A DNA stretch of 58,022 bases from Phycisphaerae bacterium (GCA_016929015.1 JAFGJQ010000296.1:1-58022); one strand, 5' to 3'; shown: positions 31,460-41,691, numbered from the stretch's first letter. The notes: generated by a model not told the origin, from the letters alone. Translations and numbers: made by a program.

Positions 31460-32445
31460 GTTTGGCTTCCGCGGTCAGAGGCCGACGGCGCCGTTGCTAC
31501 GTCCGGCCGGCCTTGCGGTTCGTCTTCGTCCTCGGTTTCCTCAACGAAAAGATGGTCCATGGTGTATCCGATCAGGGCGAACAACCCGAGTGCAACCGGC
31601 AGCATGGCCAGGCCCAATAGTTCGTGCGTCGTTCCTTCGGCCCAGTCCCGGTGTCCGAACACGTGCAGGAACCCGGTCGTGGACACGCGGATGACGTTGC
31701 AGAACACCGCGATGGGAACGCAGCACACCAGCATGACGATCCGCTGCCAGAGCGGGCGGTCGCCCAGGTACGCCATGGCGGCGCCCAGCGTGATGAAGGC
31801 CATCATCAGCCGCATGCCGCTGCACGCCTCTTCCACGTTCAACTGCCCGGACGCGCCGCGGTACACGTAATCAATCACGACGCCCGACGTGTCCACGTGC
31901 AGATCGGGAATGAACGACCCGAGCAGAAAGGCCGAGACCAGCGACGCCAGCGTGCGGAGGGGCATGGTCAGGTCGACGTACACCCCGTCGGGAATCGGCA
32001 CCGCGAACAGGAGAAACACGATGGGAAACCAGACCACGCGCAGCACCTGCCTACCGCCGAGAAAGAGCACCATCGCGCCGATTGTCGCGACCAGCGAAAG
32101 GCTGCGGGGATATCCCATCGGCGTGATGAACAGATGCCAGAGATAGACCCCCAGCGAGCTCACCAGGACGATCAGCCCGAGCCAACTGGTCTGGGAACGG
32201 ACGCGGGCCAGACGCTCCCGCTGAAGGTGCAAGAAGTACAGGCTGAACAGCGGCACCAGCCAGCCGTGAGACCAATCTCCGTCCGTCCGCCACTTGTCCA
32301 CAATGCGATGCAGCTCCGGCCAGTACGCCAGGACCACGAGCAGGGCCAGAACGCCAGCCCGAATCCCGTGCGTCCAGATCGGCGTCCGTCCGACAGCCGT
32401 TGAAGGCGCGTGCATGGAACTGGAATCGGTTCGCACCACGGTCAT
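31456..32445 (-). CDS. Exosortase
   Basis: WSHGWLVP, EEACSGMR (Cys), NVIRV (Arg), THE (His), about 8 TMs. Confidence 0.92.
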   Translation of the reverse strand: MTVVRTDSSSMHAPSTAVGRTPIWTHGIRAGVLALLVVLAYWPELHRIVDKWRTDGDWSHGWLVPLFSLYFLHLQRERLARVRSQTSWLGLIVLVSSLGVYLWHLFITPMGYPRSLSLVATIGAMVLFLGGRQVLRVVWFPIVFLLFAVPIPDGVYVDLTMPLRTLASLVSAFLLGSFIPDLHVDTSGVVIDYVYRGASGQLNVEEACSGMRLMMAFITLGAAMAYLGDRPLWQRIVMLVCCVPIAVFCNVIRVSTTGFLHVFGHRDWAEGTTHELLGLAMLPVALGLFALIGYTMDHLFVEETEDEDEPQGRPDVATAPSASDRGSQT

Positions 32446-32454
32446 CGGGAAAGC

Positions 32455-34164
32455 CTACCGGAACAAGTTCGGGAACCGCTGCCTTGTCGTGTCGGTATAC
32501 ACCGGATTCGGCTGCGACCCGTAGGAGTCGATGTCCGCAAAGTTGCGGTCATACACAAACCCGAACCCGTAGGTCATACGGAACGCGTTGCGAATGACGG
32601 CCAGGAACGGCGCCACCGGGTGCGTGCCCACCACAACCAGGTCGTCCTTCTTCAGGAATACGTCCGCCTCCTTGCCCGCGAACATGGAATCCAGATTGAC
32701 CTGCTTCATCTCCTCGCGGTCGCCGTAGCGGCGGTAGATCGTGCAGCGGTCCGGCCACCCCAGCGGAGCGATGTTTCCCGCGGCCGCAACCGCCTGCTTG
32801 AGCGTGATCCGACGCCCGGTCAGGCTGTAGGCGCCCGGTCGGATGATCTGCCCCATGATGTAGTACTCGCCGACTTCGCCGGCGATCACGCGGATGGAGT
32901 CACCCGGCCGAATGATGATGTTCTGCCGCACGTCCCCGTTGCGCAGCGCGTCGCCGGAGATGCGAATGATCCGCTGCTCGACCTCACCGGCGATCTGACT
33001 CCAGTCCACGGACGGCTGGGCCTCCGGAGGGGGCGGCGGGAGCATCACAGGTCCCTCCGGCTCGGCGGTCGGGGGAGAATCGGGGGCCGTCGCCGTTGTG
33101 GGGGACGGCTTCACCTCAATCCATTTGCCGTTCAGGAAGATGAACCGGGGCTGCGCGGGTGGTTGAGCGGTCAGGTCCTCCGGTGCCGCCGGCACCGAAC
33201 TGGGTGCCGTGTCGATGGTGGATGCCGGCTCGACCGGCTCGGAGATTCCGGCAGGGGTCTGGGAATCGTGGCCGCGGAGAACGGCGTCAATGACTTCCCG
33301 CTCGGCGCCAGGCTCCCCCAACACCGGTCGCAGGGGGGACGGCTCCGCTGGGCTCGTCGTCGGCTCGTCCGGACGCGACGCTACGGACGGAGGAGCGTCG
33401 CCAAACCCGTCGGACATTGTGAGTTGGGCAACCGGAGCATTCCTGGCTTCGGCGGCCGCCGGCCCCATGTCCACATGGGACGGTAGCCCACCGAGGCCGT
33501 CGGGAGTCTGCGGGCGGGAATTCCGGAAGACGTATATCTCCGTCACCGTCTCCACCAGCCCACCCGCCTGGGCCAGGGCCTCGATCAGCGGAAAGTTGGG
33601 CCGGGCGATGGGGTACAAGGAAGGCTGGGCAACCGCACCGTAAACTGTGTAGCTCTGGCCTCGCTTGACGACCGGCTCCACCTGAACGTACGCGTCCAGA
33701 ACGATCTGGCGCTGGCGCAGAATGTCCTTCAACTCCGCTTCCAGTTCCGCCGCCGTCATCCCGGACGCGCGGATGCGACCGAGCACCGGCAGGGAGATCA
33801 TCCCCTCTTCATCCAGGAACACCTGAATGGATGTTTCGGTGTTGTCAATTACGAGATCCAGGATACGAACGTTCAGCGCGTCGCCGGGGCTCAGTCGGTA
33901 CACCACCGGACGCGGGATGATATCCTCCGGCGTGGGATCGGTCGCACCCGGAATGCCCGTCGGGGAGTCCTGGATGCTCAGTGACGTGCGAATCTCCATC
34001 GTGCCTTCGTCCAGGTAGTTGCCCACCTGGGAGGGATCCAGCCAACTGTTCCGGAAGCTGTAGCATCCGGCGGACAGACACGCCGCCGCCATACCGACCC
34101 AGACCAGGCAAAACCTGACCCGCTCGCCGTGCTGTCGACGGCGCGGGACTCGCGGCCAACGCAT
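32455..34164 (-). CDS. Polysaccharide export lipoprotein (Wza-like, SLBB repeats, long Pro-rich linker)
   Basis: Lipobox SAGC, YRLSPGD, GMISLPVLG, G-V-QP, ALAQAGG, second SLBB GQIIRPGAY. Confidence 0.88.
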   Translation of the reverse strand: MRWPRVPRRRQHGERVRFCLVWVGMAAACLSAGCYSFRNSWLDPSQVGNYLDEGTMEIRTSLSIQDSPTGIPGATDPTPEDIIPRPVVYRLSPGDALNVRILDLVIDNTETSIQVFLDEEGMISLPVLGRIRASGMTAAELEAELKDILRQRQIVLDAYVQVEPVVKRGQSYTVYGAVAQPSLYPIARPNFPLIEALAQAGGLVETVTEIYVFRNSRPQTPDGLGGLPSHVDMGPAAAEARNAPVAQLTMSDGFGDAPPSVASRPDEPTTSPAEPSPLRPVLGEPGAEREVIDAVLRGHDSQTPAGISEPVEPASTIDTAPSSVPAAPEDLTAQPPAQPRFIFLNGKWIEVKPSPTTATAPDSPPTAEPEGPVMLPPPPPEAQPSVDWSQIAGEVEQRIIRISGDALRNGDVRQNIIIRPGDSIRVIAGEVGEYYIMGQIIRPGAYSLTGRRITLKQAVAAAGNIAPLGWPDRCTIYRRYGDREEMKQVNLDSMFAGKEADVFLKKDDLVVVGTHPVAPFLAVIRNAFRMTYGFGFVYDRNFADIDSYGSQPNPVYTDTTRQRFPNLFR

Positions 34165-34472
34165 ACGCGGCTTCTGCGATGTGGGAATCGTATGCAACAT
34201 CTTTACCAGAATAGAATTAAAAGTTGCTTCCTCGTCACTCCGCGCCCGGGGGCTCCCTCCCGGCGGCGCGCCGCGCAACTCTGATCGTCGCCAATAGTTA
34301 TCGGCACTTCCCGTCGATATCATGCAGGCCCCGGCCCGGACCCACAGACGAGCCGGTTTCAGGGCGCGATCGGGTCGTATGGTACCGTATCTTCGTCCCG
34401 TGCGATAGGGGAGTTCGCGCGGACCTCCAGAATGCAACTCACAGGCCGGGGAAGGCGACGGACACAGGCACA

Positions 34473-34500
34473 TTGACGCCCGGAGGGTGCCGGGTACACT
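34473..34500 (+). promoter_or_regulatory. Putative sigma70-type promoter
   Basis: TTGACG-16-TACACT. Confidence 0.5.
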
Positions 34501-34596
34501 CCGTTGCAGGTACGAACTTCGATCCCGGGTCGGCCGCGCGGTGGCCCGCCGGGATCGGACAAAACCCAAACAACAACACAGGATTCAGGCCAGATC

Positions 34597-34773
34597 ATGA
34601 TGCGTCGACTCGGGACTCGCGGAGCGGTATGGGCGGCATGTGCCCTTGGTACCACCATGCTATGCGGATGCACGGAAACCAACACCACAGGATCGGTGCT
34701 GCTTGAACTGGTACAGACCATCCTGCTGGGCATCACGGCGGCCGGTGGTTACGTGCTCATCCAGAACGCCTGA
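34597..34773 (+). CDS. Small lipoprotein-like peptide (58 aa)
   Basis: Basic N-terminus, hydrophobic stretch, LCGC lipobox, C-terminal hydrophobic helix; ACAGGA upstream. Confidence 0.6.
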   Translation: MMRRLGTRGAVWAACALGTTMLCGCTETNTTGSVLLELVQTILLGITAAGGYVLIQNA

Positions 34774-34873
34774 TGCCGGGAGTCGGTACGGCACGACCGG
34801 TTTTCAGTACTGGCAGTCTGCCCGCCGCCGTGCCGCACCCCCATTGCAGCAGGCGCAAGACCGGCTTGTCCCG

Positions 34874-34901
34874 TTGACGGGCGTTCGGCCGCACTTATAC
34901 T
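34874..34901 (+). promoter_or_regulatory. Putative sigma70-type promoter
   Basis: TTGACG-16-TATACT. Confidence 0.5.
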
Positions 34902-35058
34902 GCCCCTAGTCCGTCCGGGAGGCGGTGGGCGCGGAGTGCGAACCGCTGGTCTCGGTCGCAGACGCATGCAGAACGAGTGCTCGCGCGGCAGCCCGCCTTG
35001 GTGGTTCGCGCGCCGCTGTGTTGTTTCCATTCCTTCTGTCCTGGCTGTGGAGGGTCTC

Positions 35059-37341
35059 ATGCTCCTGCCCCGCGATTCAAGCGTTTTCATTCCGTTCAGA
35101 GGGCTGATCTGGGCGCTGACGCTGGCGATCCTGGCCGGCCTGTCCGGCCCAGCCCTGGCCCAGACCGAGCCGGAGGACCAGGCGGCGGAAGCCCCCGCCG
35201 CGGACCCCGCAGCCGCGCAGCCGGCATACCAGGAGTTCCACGATTTCGTGCATTTTGCTCGGATCGGCCGGTTCGACGCGGCCCAGGCGGCGGCCACGCA
35301 ACTACTCAGCCTGCCGGATCTGGACCCCGTGAAACTGCTGAAGGCAGCCGAGACGGACCCGAGGGCCATTGACACGCTGCTCCTGATCGTGAATCGGACG
35401 GAGATCAGCACGACCGCCCAGAAGGTTCTCGATGTCATTCGGAAGGGAGAGTACGAACTGCGGCGGGATCCCGCCCGGATCCGGGAGAACATCGACAAGC
35501 TCGGCGGTCCCCCTCAGATGGAACACAACGCCATTCAGCGGCTCAAGGAGTCGGGCGAGTACGCCATACCCTGGATGATCGACGCGCTGGGGAACGCCAA
35601 TCGAAAGGCGTTGTGGCCTCGGATCGTGCGGGCGCTGCCGCAGATCGGCCGGGGAGCCGTTCGGCCGCTGGTGGAAGCACTGGAGACGGAGAACGGCGAA
35701 ATACAGCGGGTGGTCGCCCAGACGCTGGGTGAGCTGGGGTACGTGCAGGCAGCGCCCTATCTCCGGAGACTCATGGACCGCCCTGACGTGCTGGACATCG
35801 TGAAGCAGGCGGCGGCGGACGCCATCGAACAGATCGAGCGAAACTCGGGGCGGACCTTGCCCACATCGGCTGCCATCGGCTTCACCCAATTGGCCGATCG
35901 CTACTACAACGAGGACGGTTCCGTTCAGGCCGACCCACGACTGACGCAGGCCAACCTCTGGTACCTGCGGGACGGGTTTCTCCAGCCCGTGGTCGTTCCC
36001 ACCGAGATCTTCGGCTCGGTGATGGCCATGCGCTGCACGGAGCAGGCCCTGCGGCTGGCGCCGGACAATAGTGACGCGATCGCCCTATGGCTGGCCGCCA
36101 ACATTCGTCGTGAAGCGCGGCTGGGCATGGACGTGGAAAGCGGCGAGCCCAACCCGGAGCTGGCCGGTCGCGACCCGAGCACGCCGTCGGACTTCCCACG
36201 CAGCATCTATTTCGCCCGGACGGCCGGCCCGCGTCACTGCCACGCGGTGCTGGAGCGGGCGGTGCGGGATCGGGATTCGGCCGTTGCGCTGGGCGCCATT
36301 GCCGCCCTGCACGCGACGGCCGGTGCAACCTCGCTGGTCGGCACGGAGGACTACAAGCAGCCGCTTGTGCAGGCGCTTCAGTTCCCGGACCGCGTGGTGC
36401 GGATCAAGGCGGCCCTGGCCCTGTCCGACGCGCTGCCCCAAATGCCGTTCGCCGGGGCCGAGCTGGTCCCGCCCGTTCTCTCCGAAGCCCTCCACCAGCC
36501 GGGGTCTCCCCAGTACGTTGTGATCGATTCGGATGAAGAGAACCTCAACCGCGTGATGGGCGCCCTGCGTGCGAAGGGCGCCACAGTGCTCGGCGGAACG
36601 GACTTCTACGGCACGCTCAAGCAGACGCGCGAGACGATTGACCAGGTGGCCGGCTTCTTCCTGGCCACCGACGCCGGGGCGCCGGACCTGCCGGGCGCCG
36701 TCCGGCAGATTCGCGATGAGTTCCGGTTCGCCGCCACGCCGATCGTCCTACTTGTCCGGCCGGCCGAGATATCGTCGGCCGACCAAATGGCACAGCAAGT
36801 GAAGGCATTGGAACGCGTCGACGCGAGTGCGTCGGCCGATGAAATGGAATCGGCCTTGCGAATCGCGGAGGAAGAAACCGGTCGGATCAAGCTCGAGCCG
36901 GCCACCGCCCTTCAACTGGCGATCCAGACGGCCGAAGTGCTGCGGCGCGTGGCGTTGAACGGGCGTACGGTCATCAACGTGGACGCCGTCGAGCCGGCTC
37001 TGATTGCGGCCCTGGGCAGCGAGAGCGAAGAACTGCAGACCAAGACCGCCGGCGTGCTGAGCCTGTGTCGTTCGGCCCAGGCCCAGGACGCGGTGGCCCA
37101 GGCGGCCCTGAACGCGGACCGGCCCGAAGCACTGCGCATCGAGATGTTCGCGGCCCTGGCCGAATCCGCCAAGAACAACGGCAACAAGCTGGAGCCGGCG
37201 CGAGTGGCCGGCCTGATCCAGGTTTCCGCGGATGACCCCGTAATGAACATCCGGACGGCCGCCAGCAAGGCCCTGGGGGCGCTGAATCTCTCGGACAACC
37301 GGGCCAGCGAGATCATCCGGAAATACTACCCGGGCGGCTGA
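35059..37341 (+). CDS. Secreted HEAT/PBS-repeat protein with an internal receiver-like domain
   Basis: Signal peptide ending PALA-Q; repeats such as AVRPLVEAL, AQTLGELG, VRIKAALAL, IRTAASKALG. Confidence 0.8.
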   Translation: MLLPRDSSVFIPFRGLIWALTLAILAGLSGPALAQTEPEDQAAEAPAADPAAAQPAYQEFHDFVHFARIGRFDAAQAAATQLLSLPDLDPVKLLKAAETDPRAIDTLLLIVNRTEISTTAQKVLDVIRKGEYELRRDPARIRENIDKLGGPPQMEHNAIQRLKESGEYAIPWMIDALGNANRKALWPRIVRALPQIGRGAVRPLVEALETENGEIQRVVAQTLGELGYVQAAPYLRRLMDRPDVLDIVKQAAADAIEQIERNSGRTLPTSAAIGFTQLADRYYNEDGSVQADPRLTQANLWYLRDGFLQPVVVPTEIFGSVMAMRCTEQALRLAPDNSDAIALWLAANIRREARLGMDVESGEPNPELAGRDPSTPSDFPRSIYFARTAGPRHCHAVLERAVRDRDSAVALGAIAALHATAGATSLVGTEDYKQPLVQALQFPDRVVRIKAALALSDALPQMPFAGAELVPPVLSEALHQPGSPQYVVIDSDEENLNRVMGALRAKGATVLGGTDFYGTLKQTRETIDQVAGFFLATDAGAPDLPGAVRQIRDEFRFAATPIVLLVRPAEISSADQMAQQVKALERVDASASADEMESALRIAEEETGRIKLEPATALQLAIQTAEVLRRVALNGRTVINVDAVEPALIAALGSESEELQTKTAGVLSLCRSAQAQDAVAQAALNADRPEALRIEMFAALAESAKNNGNKLEPARVAGLIQVSADDPVMNIRTAASKALGALNLSDNRASEIIRKYYPGG

Positions 37342-37433
37342 TCCCGACGCGGCGAAACGTGGATTGACCTTCCACAGGCGTCCGGCCCCCGACGTGGGAG
37401 CCGGACGCCTGTGGCACAATTGGGGGTGATGCC

Positions 37434-38336
37434 ATGGACGAGGAACGCTGGCTCATCACCGGTGCCTCCGGGCAGCTTGGCGGGTACGTGCTGGAGTCGC
37501 TCATCCACGAGGTTTCTCCGCAGAGTATCACGGCGCTGGCGGGTGCGGGGCCGGTGGTCGAGTGCGGCGCCGCCGTTCAGCGCATCGATCTGCGGGATCG
37601 CAGCGCCGTGCGGACCTGCGTGGAAGCCGTCCGTCCGACGCACGTTCTGCACTTGGGCGGCGTCACCACCGTCGGCGCCGCCTTCGCCGATCCGCAAGCG
37701 ACACGGCGGATCAACGTGGAGACGAGCGCCGTGCTGGCCGAATGCGTCGCCCGGCACGGCGGGCGACTGGTGTTCGCGTCAACCGACATGGTGTTTGACG
37801 GGACGGCCGCACCCTATCGCGAGGACGCTCCCCCGTGTCCCGTATCGGAGTATGGCCGATCCAAGGTGACGGCCGAGCAGGCGGTGCTGGCGGTGGACAA
37901 CACGCTGGTGGTTCGGCTGTCTCTGATGTACGGGTTCCCACGAACACACCGGACCACAACATTCGTAAAGCAAATCGAATCCCTGCGGCGGGGCGAATCC
38001 CTTCGGCTGTTCACCGACGAGTTCCGCACGCCAATGTGGTTCGGCGACGCGGCCGCGGCATTGATCGCGCTGTGCCGCAGCGGACAGGCGGGCATCCTCC
38101 ACGTTGCAGGGCCCGAACGACTCTCCCGATACGACATGGCCCGGCACTTCGCAAGTGTTCTGGGCATCATGAGCACGAACTTCGTCGCGTCATCGCGGCT
38201 GTCGATTGAATCCCCCGAGCCCCGGCCGGCGGACCTGTCGCTGAACGTATCGCGCCTGCGGGAACGGTTCCCGCGAGTCGTTCCGGGGCCCATCCGCGCA
38301 GAATCGCTCCGAGGGCACGCCGGCGGCGGCGATTGA
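37434..38336 (+). CDS. RmlD / dTDP-4-dehydrorhamnose reductase family SDR
   Basis: TGASGQLG, STDMVFDG, YGRSK, DEFRTP, RPADLSL. Confidence 0.88.
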   Translation: MDEERWLITGASGQLGGYVLESLIHEVSPQSITALAGAGPVVECGAAVQRIDLRDRSAVRTCVEAVRPTHVLHLGGVTTVGAAFADPQATRRINVETSAVLAECVARHGGRLVFASTDMVFDGTAAPYREDAPPCPVSEYGRSKVTAEQAVLAVDNTLVVRLSLMYGFPRTHRTTTFVKQIESLRRGESLRLFTDEFRTPMWFGDAAAALIALCRSGQAGILHVAGPERLSRYDMARHFASVLGIMSTNFVASSRLSIESPEPRPADLSLNVSRLRERFPRVVPGPIRAESLRGHAGGGD

Positions 38337-38421
38337 TTCGCGGAGCGACACGGGGATAATGGCGGGTTCGCCCCCCAAAGGCGATGAACAACGGGATGGT
38401 TTTCTCGTGTGAGGACCTGAT

Positions 38422-39300
38422 ATGCAGGACATGACCGAACACCTGGTGGAGTTGATCCGATCGGCCTCGACAGACCTGTCTCCGGACGTGGAAAAGGCGC
38501 TGACGGCCGCCCGCGATGCGGAGGAGGCAGGATCCGCCGCTCAGGGGGCGCTACAAACCGTGCTGGACAACGTGGCCATGTCCCGCCGGACGGGCCGGCC
38601 CATCTGTCAGGACACCGGCACGCCGATCTTCTACGTCTGGTACCCGCCCGGGCTGTCACAACGGCAGATGCGGGAGCAGATCGCCAGTGCCGTGCGCACG
38701 GCGACGAAACAGGCGTGCCTGCGGCCCAACGCCATGGAGGCACTGTCCGGCAAGAACTCCGGCGACAACACCGGCGTGGACTTCCCGACCATCCACTTTG
38801 ACGAGTGGGAGCACGATTACGTGAAGGTCGGCCTGCTGCTCAAGGGCGGAGGCTCGGAAAACTGCGGTGCCCAGTACAGCATCCCGTCCGCGGAGTTTGA
38901 CGCCCCGCGCGACATCCGCGGCGTGCGCAAGGCCGTGCTGGACGCAGCCTTCAAAGCCCAGGGCTTCGGATGCGCCCCGGGCATCCTGGGCGTCGGCATC
39001 GGCGGCGACCGGGGGACGAGCATGATCAAAGCGAAGGAACAACTCTTCCGGCCGCTGGGCGATGCCAACCCAAACCCGGAACTCGACAAGATGGAGAAGC
39101 AGCTCCACCGCGAGATCAACGAACTGGGCATCGGGCCGATGGGATTCGGCGGCAAGACCACCGTGCTCGGCGTGAAGATGGCCGAGCTTCATCGCCTGCC
39201 CGCGTGCTTCTTCGTGTCCATCGCCTACATGTGCTGGGCGGACCGGCGGAAGACTCTGACCATCCGCAACGGCAAGGCAACCATCGAGCCGCCGCAGTAG
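38422..39300 (+). CDS. Fe-S fumarate hydratase / tartrate dehydratase alpha subunit
   Basis: PICQDTG, KGGGSEN, GCAPG, LGIGPMGFGG, CWADRR. Confidence 0.92.
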   Translation: MQDMTEHLVELIRSASTDLSPDVEKALTAARDAEEAGSAAQGALQTVLDNVAMSRRTGRPICQDTGTPIFYVWYPPGLSQRQMREQIASAVRTATKQACLRPNAMEALSGKNSGDNTGVDFPTIHFDEWEHDYVKVGLLLKGGGSENCGAQYSIPSAEFDAPRDIRGVRKAVLDAAFKAQGFGCAPGILGVGIGGDRGTSMIKAKEQLFRPLGDANPNPELDKMEKQLHREINELGIGPMGFGGKTTVLGVKMAELHRLPACFFVSIAYMCWADRRKTLTIRNGKATIEPPQ

Positions 39301-39357
39301 GGGCAAAGGCGCGTTGGCCTCGGCACGCGCACGGCGAATGCACCGCCGCGCTCGCGA

Positions 39358-41691
39358 TTACAGCTCGACCGCCGGCGGACCGGTCAGGTGGGATTCAAAC
39401 ACCGCGTAGTCGGCCAGGTTCACGCTGCCGTCGCCGTTCAGATCGGCGCGGTTGGCAGGAAGCTGGCCGGGGCCGGCCGGGAACACGTCGATCTCCTTGA
39501 TGACGCTCGACACGTACGCGCTCGGAACGTTCAGGAACGTGCCCTCGATGTTCGCCACGGGCCGGAACACGAACCGCAGAGATGCCACATCCACGGCGAT
39601 CGGCCCGCCGGCCGGATCAAAGACCTGAGTGAGCGTTGCACCCCGATACAACGGGTCACCGGCCGGCCAGGCGTTCGACACGCCAAACGGCCCGGTCGTG
39701 ACACCGGCGGCCAGCACTTGATACGCGGCATCGCCGGCCGCCCGGTACTCCACGTCGTAGTGCTGGAACACGCGGCCGTTGCCCGGGTCCGTCTCGTTGG
39801 CGGCAAAAACGTGAATGTGGCTGATGTCGCGGGGCGGGGCGAAATCATAACGAACGGCCAGGGCCGGATTCAGGTAGTCGGCCAGAACGGCCTCTTCCTG
39901 GACTCCCTTCACGCCGTCGGTCAGGTCGGCCAGCCCGCCGGCGGTGCCGCCGGGCGTGGCGTCGTGGAAGCCGCCGGATTCCGCCACGCCGATCATGCCC
40001 GCCAGCACGTCATCGGCTGAAATGACCTGCGAAAGGCCCTCGACCGCGGCGGAGGATTCCCAGGCGGATTCCGCTTCCGGCAGCGCGGCACAGCCGTCGG
40101 GCGGCTCCGCCTCGCTCGTATAGCAGCGGGCGAGAATGGCGAAGTCGGCCAGGTCGGCGTCGCCGTCGCCGTCGAGGTCGGCCGGATTGGGCGGCGGAGG
40201 CGGGTCTTCGATGGGAACACCCCAAACCTCGAACTCGGGAATGCGGGCCCAGCCGTCCGCATAGTTTGCGTTCGTGATGTGCAGCCGGATGTAGCGAAGC
40301 TCCTTCGGCTCAGCAAAGGTCAGGGTGTTCAGCGGCTCCCGACTCGTGTTGGCGACGGAGAACTCCGTCGTCCAGGGGTCCAGGCCGTCCGGGCTGCTCT
40401 GGATGCTGAAGCCCTCGGTGTTGAGGTAGTCCGGCTCGTGGCCCATCTCGGCGTGGATGACGCGGAACTCACTCACCAGATACCGCCGCTGCAGGTCCAG
40501 CGCAAGCGTGTGATTGTCCACCGCGCTGGTGGACGCCCACTTGGTGAACGGCGTGCCGTCACAGGCCCGATCGGCCGTCTCGTTGGGGGCCACCTCGCCG
40601 CTGGCGGAAACGGCCGCTGCCAGGGCGGCGTTCTGGAGAGCCGGAACGGCCAGTCCCTGGTATGTGAAGTAGGACGGCTTCCTCGCGCCGCCGGCGTCCA
40701 CAACGCCGAACCATTCTTCCGTGCCGATGTGGAAGTCCTTGTAGCAGAACAGGAACGTCTTCTCCACGTAGGGCCCGTACTCCGGCGCGGACGGATACGC
40801 CAGCGGCTGGGCGATCGCATACGCGTGGTCGATGTACGTGGCCTGCAAGGCCTCGTTGGTGGACTGGCTGCCGCCGGGGTTGATGCTGGACGGCGCGGTG
40901 CCGGAGGTATTCCAGCCGTACTCCGTGAACCAGATGCGTTTGTAGTGATCGCCGAAGTGGTTCATCCGCCAGCGGACGCCCCACGTGGAGTTCAGGCCGC
41001 CGGCCAGGTAGGTGCTCGGGTCGGCCGTCCAGTGATATGGATGGAGGCCGAGTATATCGAACGGATAGATGCCGTGACTGCTCTTATAGCTGGAAAACGA
41101 CGAGGAGTTGTACGTGTCGCGCAGATACGTGGACGCGGGTGAGTAATAGCCGGTCAGTCCGCCCGAGATGACGGTGGCGTGCGGGTCGGCGGCTTTGATG
41201 GCCGGATAGGTGATGGCAAGCAGCCGGCCGAACTTCGCGGCGGAGATGGAACCCATCGAGTCTGGCTCGTTCCAGATCTCCCAGAACCGGATCGGGCCGG
41301 AGGGAAATCCCTTGTAGTGGTTGACGATCTCCACGGCCCGGTCGCGAAAGGAGTCTTGCCACGTGTCGTCGGCCCAGTCTGCCGATGAGGCGAAGGCTTT
41401 CGAGGAGTAGTCGATCAGCCCAAGCACCCCCAGCCCGTGTGCATTGGCGCGGTTCACGATCTCGTCGTAGTCGGCATAGTCGATGTAATCACCGCCGGTG
41501 TCGTGGATGAACTCCATGCGAATCCAGCGCACGCCGAGAGCCTCCAGGTCGGCGGCCACCGGCTCGGTGAACGTCACGTTGCTCTGCCAGACGGGAGCGC
41601 CGATGTTGATGCCAAAGTGCTCCGCGTAGTTCGTCTGGGCCGCGGCGGGAAGGCAGCCGGCCAGGAGAAGGAAGAGCACGGCCCAGATCAT
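39358..41691 (-). CDS. Secreted clan GH-A (GH5/GH39-like) hydrolase + F5/8-C (CBM32-like) domain + dockerin-like pair split by the shared domain
   Basis: Signal peptide from ATG 41691; WEIWNEP, IWFTEYGW; ACDG..TKW..RYIRL..IPEFEV; DLDGDGDADLAD and DLNGDGSVNLAD. Confidence 0.85.
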   Translation of the reverse strand: MIWAVLFLLLAGCLPAAAQTNYAEHFGINIGAPVWQSNVTFTEPVAADLEALGVRWIRMEFIHDTGGDYIDYADYDEIVNRANAHGLGVLGLIDYSSKAFASSADWADDTWQDSFRDRAVEIVNHYKGFPSGPIRFWEIWNEPDSMGSISAAKFGRLLAITYPAIKAADPHATVISGGLTGYYSPASTYLRDTYNSSSFSSYKSSHGIYPFDILGLHPYHWTADPSTYLAGGLNSTWGVRWRMNHFGDHYKRIWFTEYGWNTSGTAPSSINPGGSQSTNEALQATYIDHAYAIAQPLAYPSAPEYGPYVEKTFLFCYKDFHIGTEEWFGVVDAGGARKPSYFTYQGLAVPALQNAALAAAVSASGEVAPNETADRACDGTPFTKWASTSAVDNHTLALDLQRRYLVSEFRVIHAEMGHEPDYLNTEGFSIQSSPDGLDPWTTEFSVANTSREPLNTLTFAEPKELRYIRLHITNANYADGWARIPEFEVWGVPIEDPPPPPNPADLDGDGDADLADFAILARCYTSEAEPPDGCAALPEAESAWESSAAVEGLSQVISADDVLAGMIGVAESGGFHDATPGGTAGGLADLTDGVKGVQEEAVLADYLNPALAVRYDFAPPRDISHIHVFAANETDPGNGRVFQHYDVEYRAAGDAAYQVLAAGVTTGPFGVSNAWPAGDPLYRGATLTQVFDPAGGPIAVDVASLRFVFRPVANIEGTFLNVPSAYVSSVIKEIDVFPAGPGQLPANRADLNGDGSVNLADYAVFESHLTGPPAVEL

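Noticed and set aside
28802-31870. Very long antisense ORFs (1022 aa here; also 8252-10489, 2020-3726, 6577-8259, 26358-27974, 51016-52599, 54950-56515)
   Set aside because: They lie opposite well-supported genes and have no motifs; they are typical high-GC shadow ORFs.
32455-34569. Long N-terminal extensions in the ORF track (wza-like, glycogen synthase, kbl, VTT, 39358 hydrolase, 17485)
   Set aside because: Downstream starts fit signal peptides, RBS sites and overlaps better, and the extensions run through promoters or neighbouring genes.
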